In this document: one piece after another, positions 52,601 through 61,074 of the stretch
How positions within the stretch are numbered: position 1 is the stretch's first letter
How the letters are laid out: every line of letters starts with the position of its first letter
Source of the DNA: Polyangiaceae bacterium
GTDB taxonomy: Bacteria; Myxococcota_A; Polyangia; Polyangiales; Polyangiaceae
DNA: 64,000 bases
NCBI GenBank assembly: GCA_965222375.1
Contig: CBDCTZ010000015.1
Location: forward strand, 1,120,001-1,184,000
Direction of reading: 5' to 3'
Translations under genes and position numbers: made by a program
Notes under the pieces: model-generated
The model's input: the letters and a program-made list of their open reading frames with translations, nothing else
Database searches by the model: none
Told to the model about the DNA's origin: nothing

Positions 52601-55448
52601 TCTTCGCTAGCGCCTGCCGCGACAGCTCGCAGTCGCCGCAAAACAGCTTTGGCGACGCCTGACATCCGCTCACGACGCCGGCGTCGTGGAGTGCGAGCGC
52701 CTCCGGGTGACCGAAGGTGTCCGGGGCCATGTCTTTGAAAACCTCTTGTTCCGCACCAGCCACCGGCTTCTTGCTGCATGAAAGGCCGCAGCGCGTCGTG
52801 CTCCCCGACGGCACGCAGGTTTGGCCTGACGGGCACTTGCTGATGTTCTTCAGAGCCCCCTTGCTACCGCAGCTGGCTTGGCGCCCATCCGGCAAGCAGA
52901 TGTCCTTGGCACTCGTCTTGCCCTGGTCGACGCAGAGTACCGACGCGCAACGAAGCCCCTTCGAGTCGTCGACGCAGCTCGCTCCCACAGACGTGCACTT
53001 CACCACGCTGCAGTCCTTCTGAATCAGATTGCCATCCCACGCGCACTGCGCTTTGCAGGTGTCGACACATGGCCCACCGCCTGGTCCTCCTCCCCACCAC
53101 TCCCAATGCCAGTTTTCACTCGGAACGGTACGCTTGAAGCCGAAGCTTCCGGCGTGCGCGTTGAGCCATGACAGCACACCAGGTGCCGAAGTGTTCAGAT
53201 CGAGAGCGTGCCCGCTCTGGTGATTGCTGTAGCCTGGCTTGGCTGCCAGATTGCAGTTGTTGCAGTTGCAGTTGACATAGCAGCTGTAGAGCTTCTGCTG
53301 CTCAGCCATGGTTCGGAAACCACTGTTGATCTTCAGGTTCACGCCAGCCTTCGCCGCAGCCTGAGCCATTACGTAGTAGGCGTTGGCGGTATCGCGCTCG
53401 ACCTTCTTGCCGTCTACCGTCACGACCGTGATTGGGAAAGGGCTGCCTTTCGTGTACCCGGTGTCCTGCGACTTGGCACAGTTGATACTCGACAAGGACT
53501 CACTCACCTCGGCTACGCTCTCCGGTTCTGCCTCTTGGCCTAACGGCGCCTCCGCGGAGCAGCCAAACAGTCCCAGAGAGATGACCGCAACCGCCGCGGT
53601 CTTGAAGGCGCGAGCATTCCGCAACGTCTGCCAGCCACCCAACTTGCGGCGGCGAAGCGCGCAGAGCGTTAGGGCCACGAGCGCCCAGAGGCTCGAGGAG
53701 CGACTCCTTGTTCCCCCAATCGAGCAGCCGCCGTCATCAGCGTCGGCGAGAGCAGCACCTCGTGAGACTGCAGGGTCACCACCGACTTCGGGATCTTTGG
53801 GCTCGGAGTCTTTGGTCTCGGGAACTTTGCTCGGGTCGACGCTTGGATCCGTGCCTCCAACGAAGCCACCGCAGGGAGTTTCGACCATGCCGAAAGCCCG
53901 GGCGACAAGCACTGCAGCGCCCCGGCGCGTAAGCAGCTTGTCGGGACGGAATTTTCCGTCGCCGTAGCCCTTCGCCACGCAGTTGGCATACAGCGCTTCG
54001 ATGCCGTCACTCCACCAGGAGTCCGCAGCGACATCTGTGAAGCTCTCGGGCTTGGGGCTTGGAGCCTCGAGCTTCGCCGCACGCGCCAGTACCACCGCGG
54101 CGCCGCCGCGCGTCACTGGGTCGTTCGGTCGGAATTCTCCATTCGGGTAGCCCGTCATCAGACCCGCCGCCGCCGCTGTCTCCACGTACTCATACAACCC
54201 GGCGCTCGGAGCAAAGTCCGAAAACGTCGGCTTCTTCGGGTTGACCAGCGGCAGCTCCGCTGCCAGCACCACCATCTTCGCTAGCGCCTGCCGCGACAGC
54301 TCGCAGTCGCCGCAAAACAGCTTTGGCGACGCCTGACATCCGCTCACGACGCCGGCGTCGTGGAGCGCGAGCGCCTCCGGGTGACCGAAGGTGTCCGGGG
54401 CCATGTCTTTGAAAACCTCTTGTTCCGCACCAGCCACCGGCTTCTTGCTGCATGAAAGGCCGCAGCGCGTCGTGCTCCCTGACGGCACGCAGGTTTGGCC
54501 TGACGGGCACTTGCTGATGTTCTTCAGAGCTCCCTTGCTACCGCAGCTGGCTTGGCGCCCATCCGGCAAGCAGATGTCCTTGGCACTCGTCTTGCCCTGG
54601 TCGACACAGAATACCGACGCGCAACGAAGCCCCTTCGAGTCGTCGACGCAGCTCGCTCCCACAGACGTGCACTTCACCACGCTGCAGTCCTTCTGAATCA
54701 GATTGCCATCCCATGCGCACTGCGCTTTGCACGTCTGTTGTGTACAGCTGCCAGACGCGTGGCTGATGCCAATATCTGCGCCGTAGTAGAAGCTCAGGAT
54801 CTGCTTGTAGTTGTAGCCCTTGCTCTCCAGGCAGCGAGCACCCAGCTGAGACATGCAGCCTCGGTTTTGACCGAACCCGGGAGGACCTTTGTATCCAAGG
54901 GAGGTCTGAGTGACCGCGCCTCCGGTCTTGCCAGAGTTGTAGGTCACGTACTTTTCGGTGCTCGCGGCTCCACCATGGCAACTGGGGGGCGACGCGGAGC
55001 CGCCGGCCACGTAGAAGCCATAGGTCAACATGCCCGCGTAACTCAGATACATACCGGCCGTTTCTTTAACGGCTTGGTAGTGGATGGGCTGGGGCGTTGC
55101 GCCGCACGAGTAGACTTGGCACCCCTGGCTGTCACAAATCGAGCCCTGAGTCGCCATGTTGTAATAGGCGACGGAACGCGCCGCGATTGCCTGTGCCTTC
55201 AGGGCCTGTAGACCAGCACCGCCATTTTCACACTGAATGACATGTGGCAGGTAGTCCTTCTCCATGTCGCGAGCCCCCTTCCCCTGTACAACGACGGAGC
55301 AATAGGCGCCGGGAAGCGGGGCCGCGACGGGAAGCTGTACGGTACTGATCTCTTCTTCGCCGTCCGGCTCCACGGCGCATGCGGCGAGTAAGCCGAGCAA
55401 CGTCAAGACAGCGGCGGACAGTCGAACTAGGGAGAGGCACTTGGACAT
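49698..55448 (-). CDS. Three-module peptidoglycan-hydrolase polyprotein-like protein: SpoIID/LytB; M15 D,D-peptidase; lysozyme-like plus N-acetylmuramoyl-L-alanine amidase; each with Cys-rich/SLH block and MYXO-CTERM-like anchor
   Basis: ALKAQAIAARS...CQVY; INSGFRT...SNHQSGHALD...ENWHW; IVIHT...SSHY...AYH...SIGIEHEG...GH...HTDPG; three SLH blocks; three DDxxC...TM-RRR tails; lipoboxes LAAC, LFGC, ISGC. Confidence 0.92.
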   Translation of the reverse strand: MSKCLSLVRLSAAVLTLLGLLAACAVEPDGEEEISTVQLPVAAPLPGAYCSVVVQGKGARDMEKDYLPHVIQCENGGAGLQALKAQAIAARSVAYYNMATQGSICDSQGCQVYSCGATPQPIHYQAVKETAGMYLSYAGMLTYGFYVAGGSASPPSCHGGAASTEKYVTYNSGKTGGAVTQTSLGYKGPPGFGQNRGCMSQLGARCLESKGYNYKQILSFYYGADIGISHASGSCTQQTCKAQCAWDGNLIQKDCSVVKCTSVGASCVDDSKGLRCASVFCVDQGKTSAKDICLPDGRQASCGSKGALKNISKCPSGQTCVPSGSTTRCGLSCSKKPVAGAEQEVFKDMAPDTFGHPEALALHDAGVVSGCQASPKLFCGDCELSRQALAKMVVLAAELPLVNPKKPTFSDFAPSAGLYEYVETAAAAGLMTGYPNGEFRPNDPVTRGGAAVVLARAAKLEAPSPKPESFTDVAADSWWSDGIEALYANCVAKGYGDGKFRPDKLLTRRGAAVLVARAFGMVETPCGGFVGGTDPSVDPSKVPETKDSEPKDPEVGGDPAVSRGAALADADDGGCSIGGTRSRSSSLWALVALTLCALRRRKLGGWQTLRNARAFKTAAVAVISLGLFGCSAEAPLGQEAEPESVAEVSESLSSINCAKSQDTGYTKGSPFPITVVTVDGKKVERDTANAYYVMAQAAAKAGVNLKINSGFRTMAEQQKLYSCYVNCNCNNCNLAAKPGYSNHQSGHALDLNTSAPGVLSWLNAHAGSFGFKRTVPSENWHWEWWGGGPGGGPCVDTCKAQCAWDGNLIQKDCSVVKCTSVGASCVDDSKGLRCASVLCVDQGKTSAKDICLPDGRQASCGSKGALKNISKCPSGQTCVPSGSTTRCGLSCSKKPVAGAEQEVFKDMAPDTFGHPEALALHDAGVVSGCQASPKLFCGDCELSRQALAKMVVLAAELPLVNPKKPTFSDFAPSAGLYEYVETAAAAGLMTGYPNGEFRPNDPVTRGGAAVVLARAAKLEAPSPKPESFTDVAADSWWSDGIEALYANCVAKGYGDGKFRPDKLLTRRGAAVFVARAFGLVETPCGGFVGGTDPSIDPSKDPEAKDPETKDPEVGDDPAVSRGAALADADDSGCTVGRTGRESSGAWLGLLLLGVTLWGRRRWTGSKHSPRRLALGAGTALGAVITISGCSAAEVQGVEARRATLSGDSPLIAHFRDAEARSGVPAELLATVAYAQSRFTQGGGDTDGHAHGAPEIGVMAIGTAGSTQLMDAARLSGLSEASIQKDARANIIAAGAWLQARGATSGLGGVDAWWDAVAKYGGSELVEEVRLLMSRGFEGVDDAGLAVRVAPLPPSPELGDGIAQVSEPLGYPGATFTPAASSNYSKASRGAGQINYIVIHTIQGSYSGAISWFKNPAAKVSSHYVVRSSDGRITQMVDDSDIAYHDACFNSNSIGIEHEGYVDNPGKWYTDAMYRESAKLTAWLCDKYNIPKDRQHILGHNETPDCSSHTDPGPGWDWNKYMKYVKGEQTCKAQCAWDGNLIQKDCSVVKCTSVGASCVDDSKGLRCASVFCVDKGKTSAKDICLPDGSQASCSSKGDLKNISKCPSGQTCVSSGGTTRCGLACSKKPVAGAEQEVFKDMAPDTWGHPEALALYDAGVVSGCQASPKLFCGDCELSRQALAKMAVLGAGLPLVNPKTPTFSDFAPSAGLYQYVETAAAAGLMTGYPNGEFRPNNPVTRGSAAVVLARAAKLEPPSPKPESFTDVSPDSWWSDGIEALYANCVAKGYGDGQFRPDRLLTRRGAVVLVARAFGLVETPCGGFVGGTDLTVDPKDPQTEYPQVPGVSRGAAFADADDGACSVSAIPSSPETHAWWGLLIAVGLVVRRRRSRSPGAVGPLTSRWVRDAVPKREQTRDPIQA
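52061..54735. repeat. ~1-kb near-identical coding repeats (52061-53061 and 53735-54735; diverged third copy ~49890-50866)
   Basis: Direct comparison, offset 1674 between the first two copies. Confidence 0.93.
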
Positions 55449-55461
55449 GCCAGAGTGAAAA

Positions 55462-55477
55462 TGCAACCCACGTGCCG
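55462..55477 (-). promoter_or_regulatory. Sigma54 promoter candidate for the polyprotein gene
   Basis: Minus strand cGGCACgtgggTTGCa (GG-N10-GC); upstream dyad gcgagttgcgca-ccgt-tgcgcgactcgc at 55511-55538. Confidence 0.7.
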
Positions 55478-55676
55478 TGGAAAATGGCGCTAAAACTCCG
55501 TCTTTCGCCCGCGAGTTGCGCACCGTTGCGCGACTCGCGCATGCGCAAGATCCCTCCGACCAGGGAGGCTCCTTTCAGTTCGGCGTTGAGTTGCGACGCC
55601 AACGAGTACGTCCACGGACATGGACCCTCCACGAGCTGCTGCTGGTTGCTAGCGAATCCGCGCGGCTGCGGGAAGC

Positions 55677-56315
55677 TCACGGCACACCGCACTTGCCACC
55701 GGCAATGCAGACTTGACCCTTCTTGCACACCGTGCCGGAGCACACACACACGCCAAGGGGGCAAGCGCCAGTCGAGCCAGAATTACAGTCGCTGTCCCCG
55801 AGGCAGGCACACTGCGGGCCTGGATTCAGATTGCAGCCGAGCTTGCCGACGCAGGTGTTGTTGCAAGCGCCGCAGTTGGTCTTCGTGTTGAGAGCCGCCT
55901 CGCAGCCGTTCTGGAACACTTTGTCGCAATCTCCGAGGCCGCCGGGACAGGTCGCCACCCGACACTTTCCCGTGTCGCACACGCCGGTGCCATTCGGGGG
56001 TTTGCAACTGTCACCACAAGCGCTGCAGTGCTCGAATGTGCCGAGTGGGGTCTCACAGCCGTTTTGTGCATTGCCATCACAATTTGCAAAACCCGGCGCG
56101 CAGGCCGCAGCATCTGCAGCATCTGCGGCGTCCTGCGCCACCGCGGAATCCCCTGCGTCCGGCCACGACACCACATCCGACACCCCCGAGCCATCTGTCG
56201 GCTCACCACCATCGCCAGCTAGCGGGCTGCCTTCTTCAATCCCTGCCAGCGTAGAACAGCCCGATGCGAACAAGGCGAAGGCTAAGAGGGAACTTTGAGC
56301 GGCCCAGTTTGACAT
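55677..56315 (-). CDS. Cys-rich lipoprotein
   Basis: FASGC lipobox; CDGNAQNGCE...HCSACG repeats. Confidence 0.8.
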   Translation of the reverse strand: MSNWAAQSSLLAFALFASGCSTLAGIEEGSPLAGDGGEPTDGSGVSDVVSWPDAGDSAVAQDAADAADAAACAPGFANCDGNAQNGCETPLGTFEHCSACGDSCKPPNGTGVCDTGKCRVATCPGGLGDCDKVFQNGCEAALNTKTNCGACNNTCVGKLGCNLNPGPQCACLGDSDCNSGSTGACPLGVCVCSGTVCKKGQVCIAGGKCGVP

Positions 56316-56364
56316 GGCTCTGCAGCTTCAGACTGCCACGCGCCGCTGACCGTTGCCAGAACTG

Positions 56365-57318
56365 TCAAAATGCAACAGCAACGTCAACCCGTGCACCTTC
56401 GGGCGTGACTGATGTGCGCCCCGCGATATGTGGCCAGAGCAACACGGCTCCGGCGGCAAGCGCGACGACGCCAACAGCCATCGACGCCGTCGAGACGCGG
56501 GCATCGCTGAGCGCTTGGTCCCGAAGCAGGAGCCCACGATCCGCACATCGGTTGTTGTCGTCGCAGAAATCGTCCGACTCCCCGTTGCGGGAGATTGCGC
56601 GTAGGCCAAAGTAGCTCCCAACCCCCACGCCGACAACGCCCACTCCCGCCACAACCAAGCCAGGCGTTGGGCTCTGCCAGAACCCGCCCGCTTGGGGCGA
56701 AACCCCAGACGCCGACTCGGTCGGAGCAGGCTCCAACGCGGGAATGCGCACGGAGATGGTCCCGCCGTTTTTCGGGACGTTCACGCGCGTTTCGTAGGCA
56801 ACATGCCCAGGAGCCGTTGCGCGCAGCTCATGTGCACCTGGGTCAACGACAACGCGCGTGTCCCACTGAGCCTGCTCGAGATCGGAGCCCGCAAGTTTGA
56901 TGCGGAGCCCCGGTACGGGAGCCACGACCTCGACGCGAACCGTAGATAGCTTCGGCAATAGGGCCTCAGCCCAGCGTCGTGAAGCCACTTCCTTTTCCTC
57001 GTCCCCGACGCGCTTTGCCTGTTCAACGGCTCGGGTGTATTCGGCATACGCTGTTGCAGTTAGCCCAACCTTTTCGTGGCAAAAGGCGAGCAATATCAAG
57101 GTGCCCAACGCGGGATCCAACTTGTAGCTTCGATCCAGCTTCGAGCAGGCCAGTTGGTATTCCTTGCGCTCCAGTAACTCGCGCCCGTCGCGAAACAGCA
57201 GTTCAGCGCTTGCGGCCGCGGAATCCGCGCGCGCCAGGCGAGAGGTCGCAAGCACCGCCGTACAACTCAACGCCAGAACCACTGTGCGCCAGGGGCTACT
57301 TGCGATTCGTGACGACAT
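56365..57318 (-). CDS. TPR plus PEGA-like exported/membrane protein
   Basis: AELLFRDGRELL...ACSKL...LDPALGTL; VDPGAHELRATAPG; Gly-rich TM pair. Confidence 0.82.
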   Translation of the reverse strand: MSSRIASSPWRTVVLALSCTAVLATSRLARADSAAASAELLFRDGRELLERKEYQLACSKLDRSYKLDPALGTLILLAFCHEKVGLTATAYAEYTRAVEQAKRVGDEEKEVASRRWAEALLPKLSTVRVEVVAPVPGLRIKLAGSDLEQAQWDTRVVVDPGAHELRATAPGHVAYETRVNVPKNGGTISVRIPALEPAPTESASGVSPQAGGFWQSPTPGLVVAGVGVVGVGVGSYFGLRAISRNGESDDFCDDNNRCADRGLLLRDQALSDARVSTASMAVGVVALAAGAVLLWPHIAGRTSVTPEGARVDVAVAF

Positions 57319-58777
57319 CGAGCGGACTCTTGGGCGGGGGCGTGGGCGGCGGAGGCATTCTTGGCGACACACGAACCTTCGCGGGCGGTGCCGCAGCTCC
57401 AGACTCCGGTGTCGGGGCGGGGGCCCGGCTCTGAACCGGGACGGGCAACGGAAAGGAACTGGGTCGACCCTGCGCAGTCGAAACCTTCGCTGCCACTGGG
57501 GCTGGACCCTCAGCTATCGACGCGGGCGAAGGGTCGGGGGTGGCACGCCGCGCTAGCAAGACTGTGAGCCCAACGGCAGCAAAAAGCGCCAAGCCAACGA
57601 GCACTCCCGCGCGCACGGCCGGTCTGTGCTGCAGGGGCAGCGCACCACCGGAACCTGGCTGGTCGAGCCGCGGTGCTCGCTGAGGGGCCGGGCGCTCACG
57701 TGGTGGTGATTCGAGCACCGTAGCGGCGTCAGAGTGGCTGACCTCCCCGGAGCGGACGGCCTTGGACTCGAGTTCGCGAGCGAGTTTGGCGCGCTCGACT
57801 GCTCCTTCTTTGGCTCGAGTCAACTGTTGGCGGCGTTCGCTGACGGCATTTGCCAAACGTTCGTTGACCAGCACCGCCAAATCTCGCTGAGTTATCCTTC
57901 CGTACAAGCTCGCAATCGTAGCATCCAACTCTGCGTACATCTCCTCGGCCGTCTGGTAGCGGTCTTCGGGTTCATACTGAAGCGCTCGCTCGACGACATC
58001 ACGGATTTGCCTTGGCGCGGACGTCATTGCGGATGGCTTGGCCCCGGTGGTCAGCAGATGAAGCGTTTCGAGTTCATTGGCGCCGGCGAAGGGTGAACGC
58101 CCTTCGAGCAGCTTGAACAAGGTCGCTCCAAGCGCCCAAATGTCGGCACGTCGATCCGCAGCGCGCCCCAATGCCTGCTCCGGCGCCATGTAGTATACTT
58201 TGCCCTTGAGCCCGCCGGTCGTCTCTTGGCGCATCGCACCAACCATCTTGGCGATGCCAAAGTCGATCAGCTTCACGGCTCCCGAAGTACTGCATAGGAT
58301 GTTCTGCGGGGACACGTCTCGGTGAATGATAGTCGCCGAGGTCCCATCGTCCGCCATGTGCTCGTGGGCGGCATGCAGCCCGAGGCAAGCGTCAGCAACG
58401 ATGCGCAGAGCCACAGCAGGCGGCAAGGGTTTGTCCGCGGAACGGCAAGCTCGATGCAAACGCATCACTGAGTCCCCCTCTACGTATTCCAAGACCATGA
58501 AGAGGACATCGCGCTCTTCGCCGAAGTCGTAGATCTCCGCAACGTTGGGGTGACGTATGGAGGCCACCAGTTTGGCTTCCTCCAAGAACATCCGTCGTGC
58601 TCGGACGTCCGAGGCATGCTGCGCGAGAATCGTCTTGATCGCCACCGTGCGCTGGAATCCGTGCTTGCCGTATTGCTCGGCGGCCCAGACCTCCGCCATG
58701 CCGCCTCGTGCCAGCGGACAGAGGAGTTCGTAGCGGTCGAGTCGAAGACCCGGTGCAAGTTTCGATGACTCGAGCAC
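57296..58777 (-). CDS. Membrane Ser/Thr protein kinase (Hanks type)
   Basis: LARGGMAEV, VAIK, HRDVSPQN, DFG, YMAPEQ, DIWALG; one TM helix. Confidence 0.96.
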   Translation of the reverse strand: MLESSKLAPGLRLDRYELLCPLARGGMAEVWAAEQYGKHGFQRTVAIKTILAQHASDVRARRMFLEEAKLVASIRHPNVAEIYDFGEERDVLFMVLEYVEGDSVMRLHRACRSADKPLPPAVALRIVADACLGLHAAHEHMADDGTSATIIHRDVSPQNILCSTSGAVKLIDFGIAKMVGAMRQETTGGLKGKVYYMAPEQALGRAADRRADIWALGATLFKLLEGRSPFAGANELETLHLLTTGAKPSAMTSAPRQIRDVVERALQYEPEDRYQTAEEMYAELDATIASLYGRITQRDLAVLVNERLANAVSERRQQLTRAKEGAVERAKLARELESKAVRSGEVSHSDAATVLESPPRERPAPQRAPRLDQPGSGGALPLQHRPAVRAGVLVGLALFAAVGLTVLLARRATPDPSPASIAEGPAPVAAKVSTAQGRPSSFPLPVPVQSRAPAPTPESGAAAPPAKVRVSPRMPPPPTPPPKSPLDVVTNRK

Positions 58778-58851
58778 GCTCGCAGTTTCGCAGGCCTAGG
58801 TGGTTGTTGCAACGCGCGCGCACCCGCCGCCGTTGGGCTAGACTGCAGCCG

Positions 58852-60099
58852 GTGGATCGAGATGAGGCACAGACCAGTGCTTTGGAGGACGCGTCCGACG
58901 GCCGTGGTCGGGTGCTCGCCTTTTGGGAGGGCGGACACGCAGCGTGCCTTTTGGGTGACCGGAATGAAGTCGTAATCGGTCGAGGCGCAACGGCAGACCT
59001 CCGCATCGAACACACAACCGTATCCCGAGAACATGCGCGACTGACCTTCAGCAATGGCGTCATGGTGACCGATCTGGGAAGCTCGAACGGGACGCGAGTT
59101 GGCGGCCGGAAGCTGACTGCACATCAGCAGGAGACCGTGCAGCAGGACGAGCTAATCGAAGTTGGTGGCGCGTACCTCGTGCTCGAACTCCCAGAAGCTC
59201 GCGTCCCGGGGAAATCCCAGGTTCAAGAACTGATTACCCGCGTGGCCCGCAGCGATCTGTGCGTGCTGCTGCTGGGAGAAACCGGCGTTGGCAAGGACCT
59301 GGCGGCGGAACAAGTACACGCACTGTCTCCGCGCCACGAGGGAGCCCTGGTGAAGATCAACTGCGCCACCCTGGGTGACAACCTGTTGGAGAGCGAACTG
59401 TTTGGCCACGAACGAGGCGCGTTCACTGGCGCCGTATCAGCAAAGCCGGGATTACTGGAGATGGCGCGGGGCGGGAGTGTGTTCTTGGATGAAGTGGCGG
59501 AGGCTAGCCTGCCAATCCAAGCAAAACTGCTGCGAGCAATCGAGCAACACGAGATTCGACGCGTCGGCGGAGTCGAACCACGTAGCATCGACGTCCGCTT
59601 CATCGCAGCAACAAACCAACCCCTTGACCAAATGGTGGCCGCCGGCAGTTTCCGTCGAGATCTCTACTTCCGACTGGCGGGCATGACCATACGCATTCCC
59701 CCATTGCGCAAGCGCCAGCTCGAGCTTGCCGGGCTGACCGACGAGCTGCTCAGGGAGGCATGCAAGCGGCAGGGACGGCAGCCGCTCACTTTGTCGAATC
59801 GAGCCTTCGCTCGGCTGCGACAGCACCCATTCCCGGGCAACGTGCGCGAGCTCCGGAACTTGCTCGAGCGGGCGGTTGTGCTGACGGACGGGGATCGCAT
59901 CGAGCCGGAGCATCTCTTGTTCGACGCGCCTGGCGGCGGTGATTCCCTAGAACTGAGTTCCGAGCGCGAGCGCATCGCCAGTGCGCTGGAGCAGAGCGGT
60001 GGCAACCAGTCCCGCGCAGCTAAACTGCTGGGCATTTCACGCCGCACGCTGGTCAACCGGCTGAACCAATTCGGTTTCCCGCGACCGCGCAAGCGCTAG
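58852..60099 (+). CDS. Sigma54-dependent activator with FHA domain
   Basis: IGR...VSREHA...DLGSSNGT FHA; GETGVGKD; GAFTGA; LDEV; PGNVREL; Fis HTH. Start approximate. Confidence 0.95.
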   Translation: MDRDEAQTSALEDASDGRGRVLAFWEGGHAACLLGDRNEVVIGRGATADLRIEHTTVSREHARLTFSNGVMVTDLGSSNGTRVGGRKLTAHQQETVQQDELIEVGGAYLVLELPEARVPGKSQVQELITRVARSDLCVLLLGETGVGKDLAAEQVHALSPRHEGALVKINCATLGDNLLESELFGHERGAFTGAVSAKPGLLEMARGGSVFLDEVAEASLPIQAKLLRAIEQHEIRRVGGVEPRSIDVRFIAATNQPLDQMVAAGSFRRDLYFRLAGMTIRIPPLRKRQLELAGLTDELLREACKRQGRQPLTLSNRAFARLRQHPFPGNVRELRNLLERAVVLTDGDRIEPEHLLFDAPGGGDSLELSSERERIASALEQSGGNQSRAAKLLGISRRTLVNRLNQFGFPRPRKR

Positions 60100-60155
60100 A
60101 AACCTGGAAAGGGGAGGCTTCCTGCGACTCGGCCGACTCGAAACGCGGGTCTGTG

Positions 60156-61001
60156 TCAAGCGCCATCGGGCAGTGATTCGAACAAGGTCTGGCCCATCCG
60201 AATCGACTCCCCTGCCACCACCGGACCCGCCACGTCAGGCGGCAGGATGGTTACAACCGTGGAACCGAAAGCGAAGTGACCCAGCTCTTCCCCTCGCGCG
60301 GCGGAGCGGCTCCAGGGCGCAGGTGTGCGGCGCATCCACTCTTCGCGAGGCAGGCCGTGCAGCACGATGCCTCCGATCAGGCTGGCGCCAACCATCACCA
60401 TCAGGAACTCGTAGCCGGCTTTGGCTTCGCAGCGCAGCACCGCGCGCTCGTTGCGTTCATAGATACGAGGGATGTGATCGAGAGCGGTCTCGTTCTGAGG
60501 AAAATAGCGACCGGGGATCCAGCGCACGTCGATGACGCGACCCTCCACGGGCATGTGCACGCGGTGGTACCCCCGTGGAGTGAGGAACACGACGGCGAAG
60601 CGACCACCGACGTAGGGCTCGAGATCCAGATCGTGGATGGCCGCGTTGACGACGCGCTCGATGCTCAGGCGCTGCCCCTTGATCACCATGGGCTGCCCGC
60701 GGCGCACGACGCCCCGACCGACCAGATTGCCGTCGGCCGGGGCAAGGAAGCCGTCCCCAAGGGGACGTGCACCTGGACGGAGCTTCCGGAGGAAAAAGTC
60801 GTCCAGGGAATCAAAGCGACGCTGTTCGAAGTCATCCAGCTCGATCTTGTCGCGCCGGGTCCAGAGCCGCACCGCTGCGTCCACGGCCCACTTGGGGCGG
60901 GTTGCGGCAGTGACCTTCGCGGTCGTGCGATTGAGCAGGCGATGGGGCAGGAAGCGGTACGCCCGCAAGAACGCCGGATGTCGATGCAACCGCTCGTTCA
61001 T
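60156..61001 (-). CDS. psd: Phosphatidylserine decarboxylase proenzyme
   Basis: FFLRKLRPGARP, APADG, IKG, YHRVHMP, RNER, FGST cleavage motif. Confidence 0.92.
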   Translation of the reverse strand: MNERLHRHPAFLRAYRFLPHRLLNRTTAKVTAATRPKWAVDAAVRLWTRRDKIELDDFEQRRFDSLDDFFLRKLRPGARPLGDGFLAPADGNLVGRGVVRRGQPMVIKGQRLSIERVVNAAIHDLDLEPYVGGRFAVVFLTPRGYHRVHMPVEGRVIDVRWIPGRYFPQNETALDHIPRIYERNERAVLRCEAKAGYEFLMVMVGASLIGGIVLHGLPREEWMRRTPAPWSRSAARGEELGHFAFGSTVVTILPPDVAGPVVAGESIRMGQTLFESLPDGA

Positions 61002-61074
61002 GTTGTTGCCCTGTCGCTGGTCGCTCCGCCGCACGTCGCGACGCCTAGTTCGCGGTCGCGTGTAGCAACGAATG

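Noticed and set aside
55449..55523. Longer N-terminus of the polyprotein ORF
   Set aside because: It overlaps the sigma54 promoter candidate; the signal peptide fits a start at 55448.
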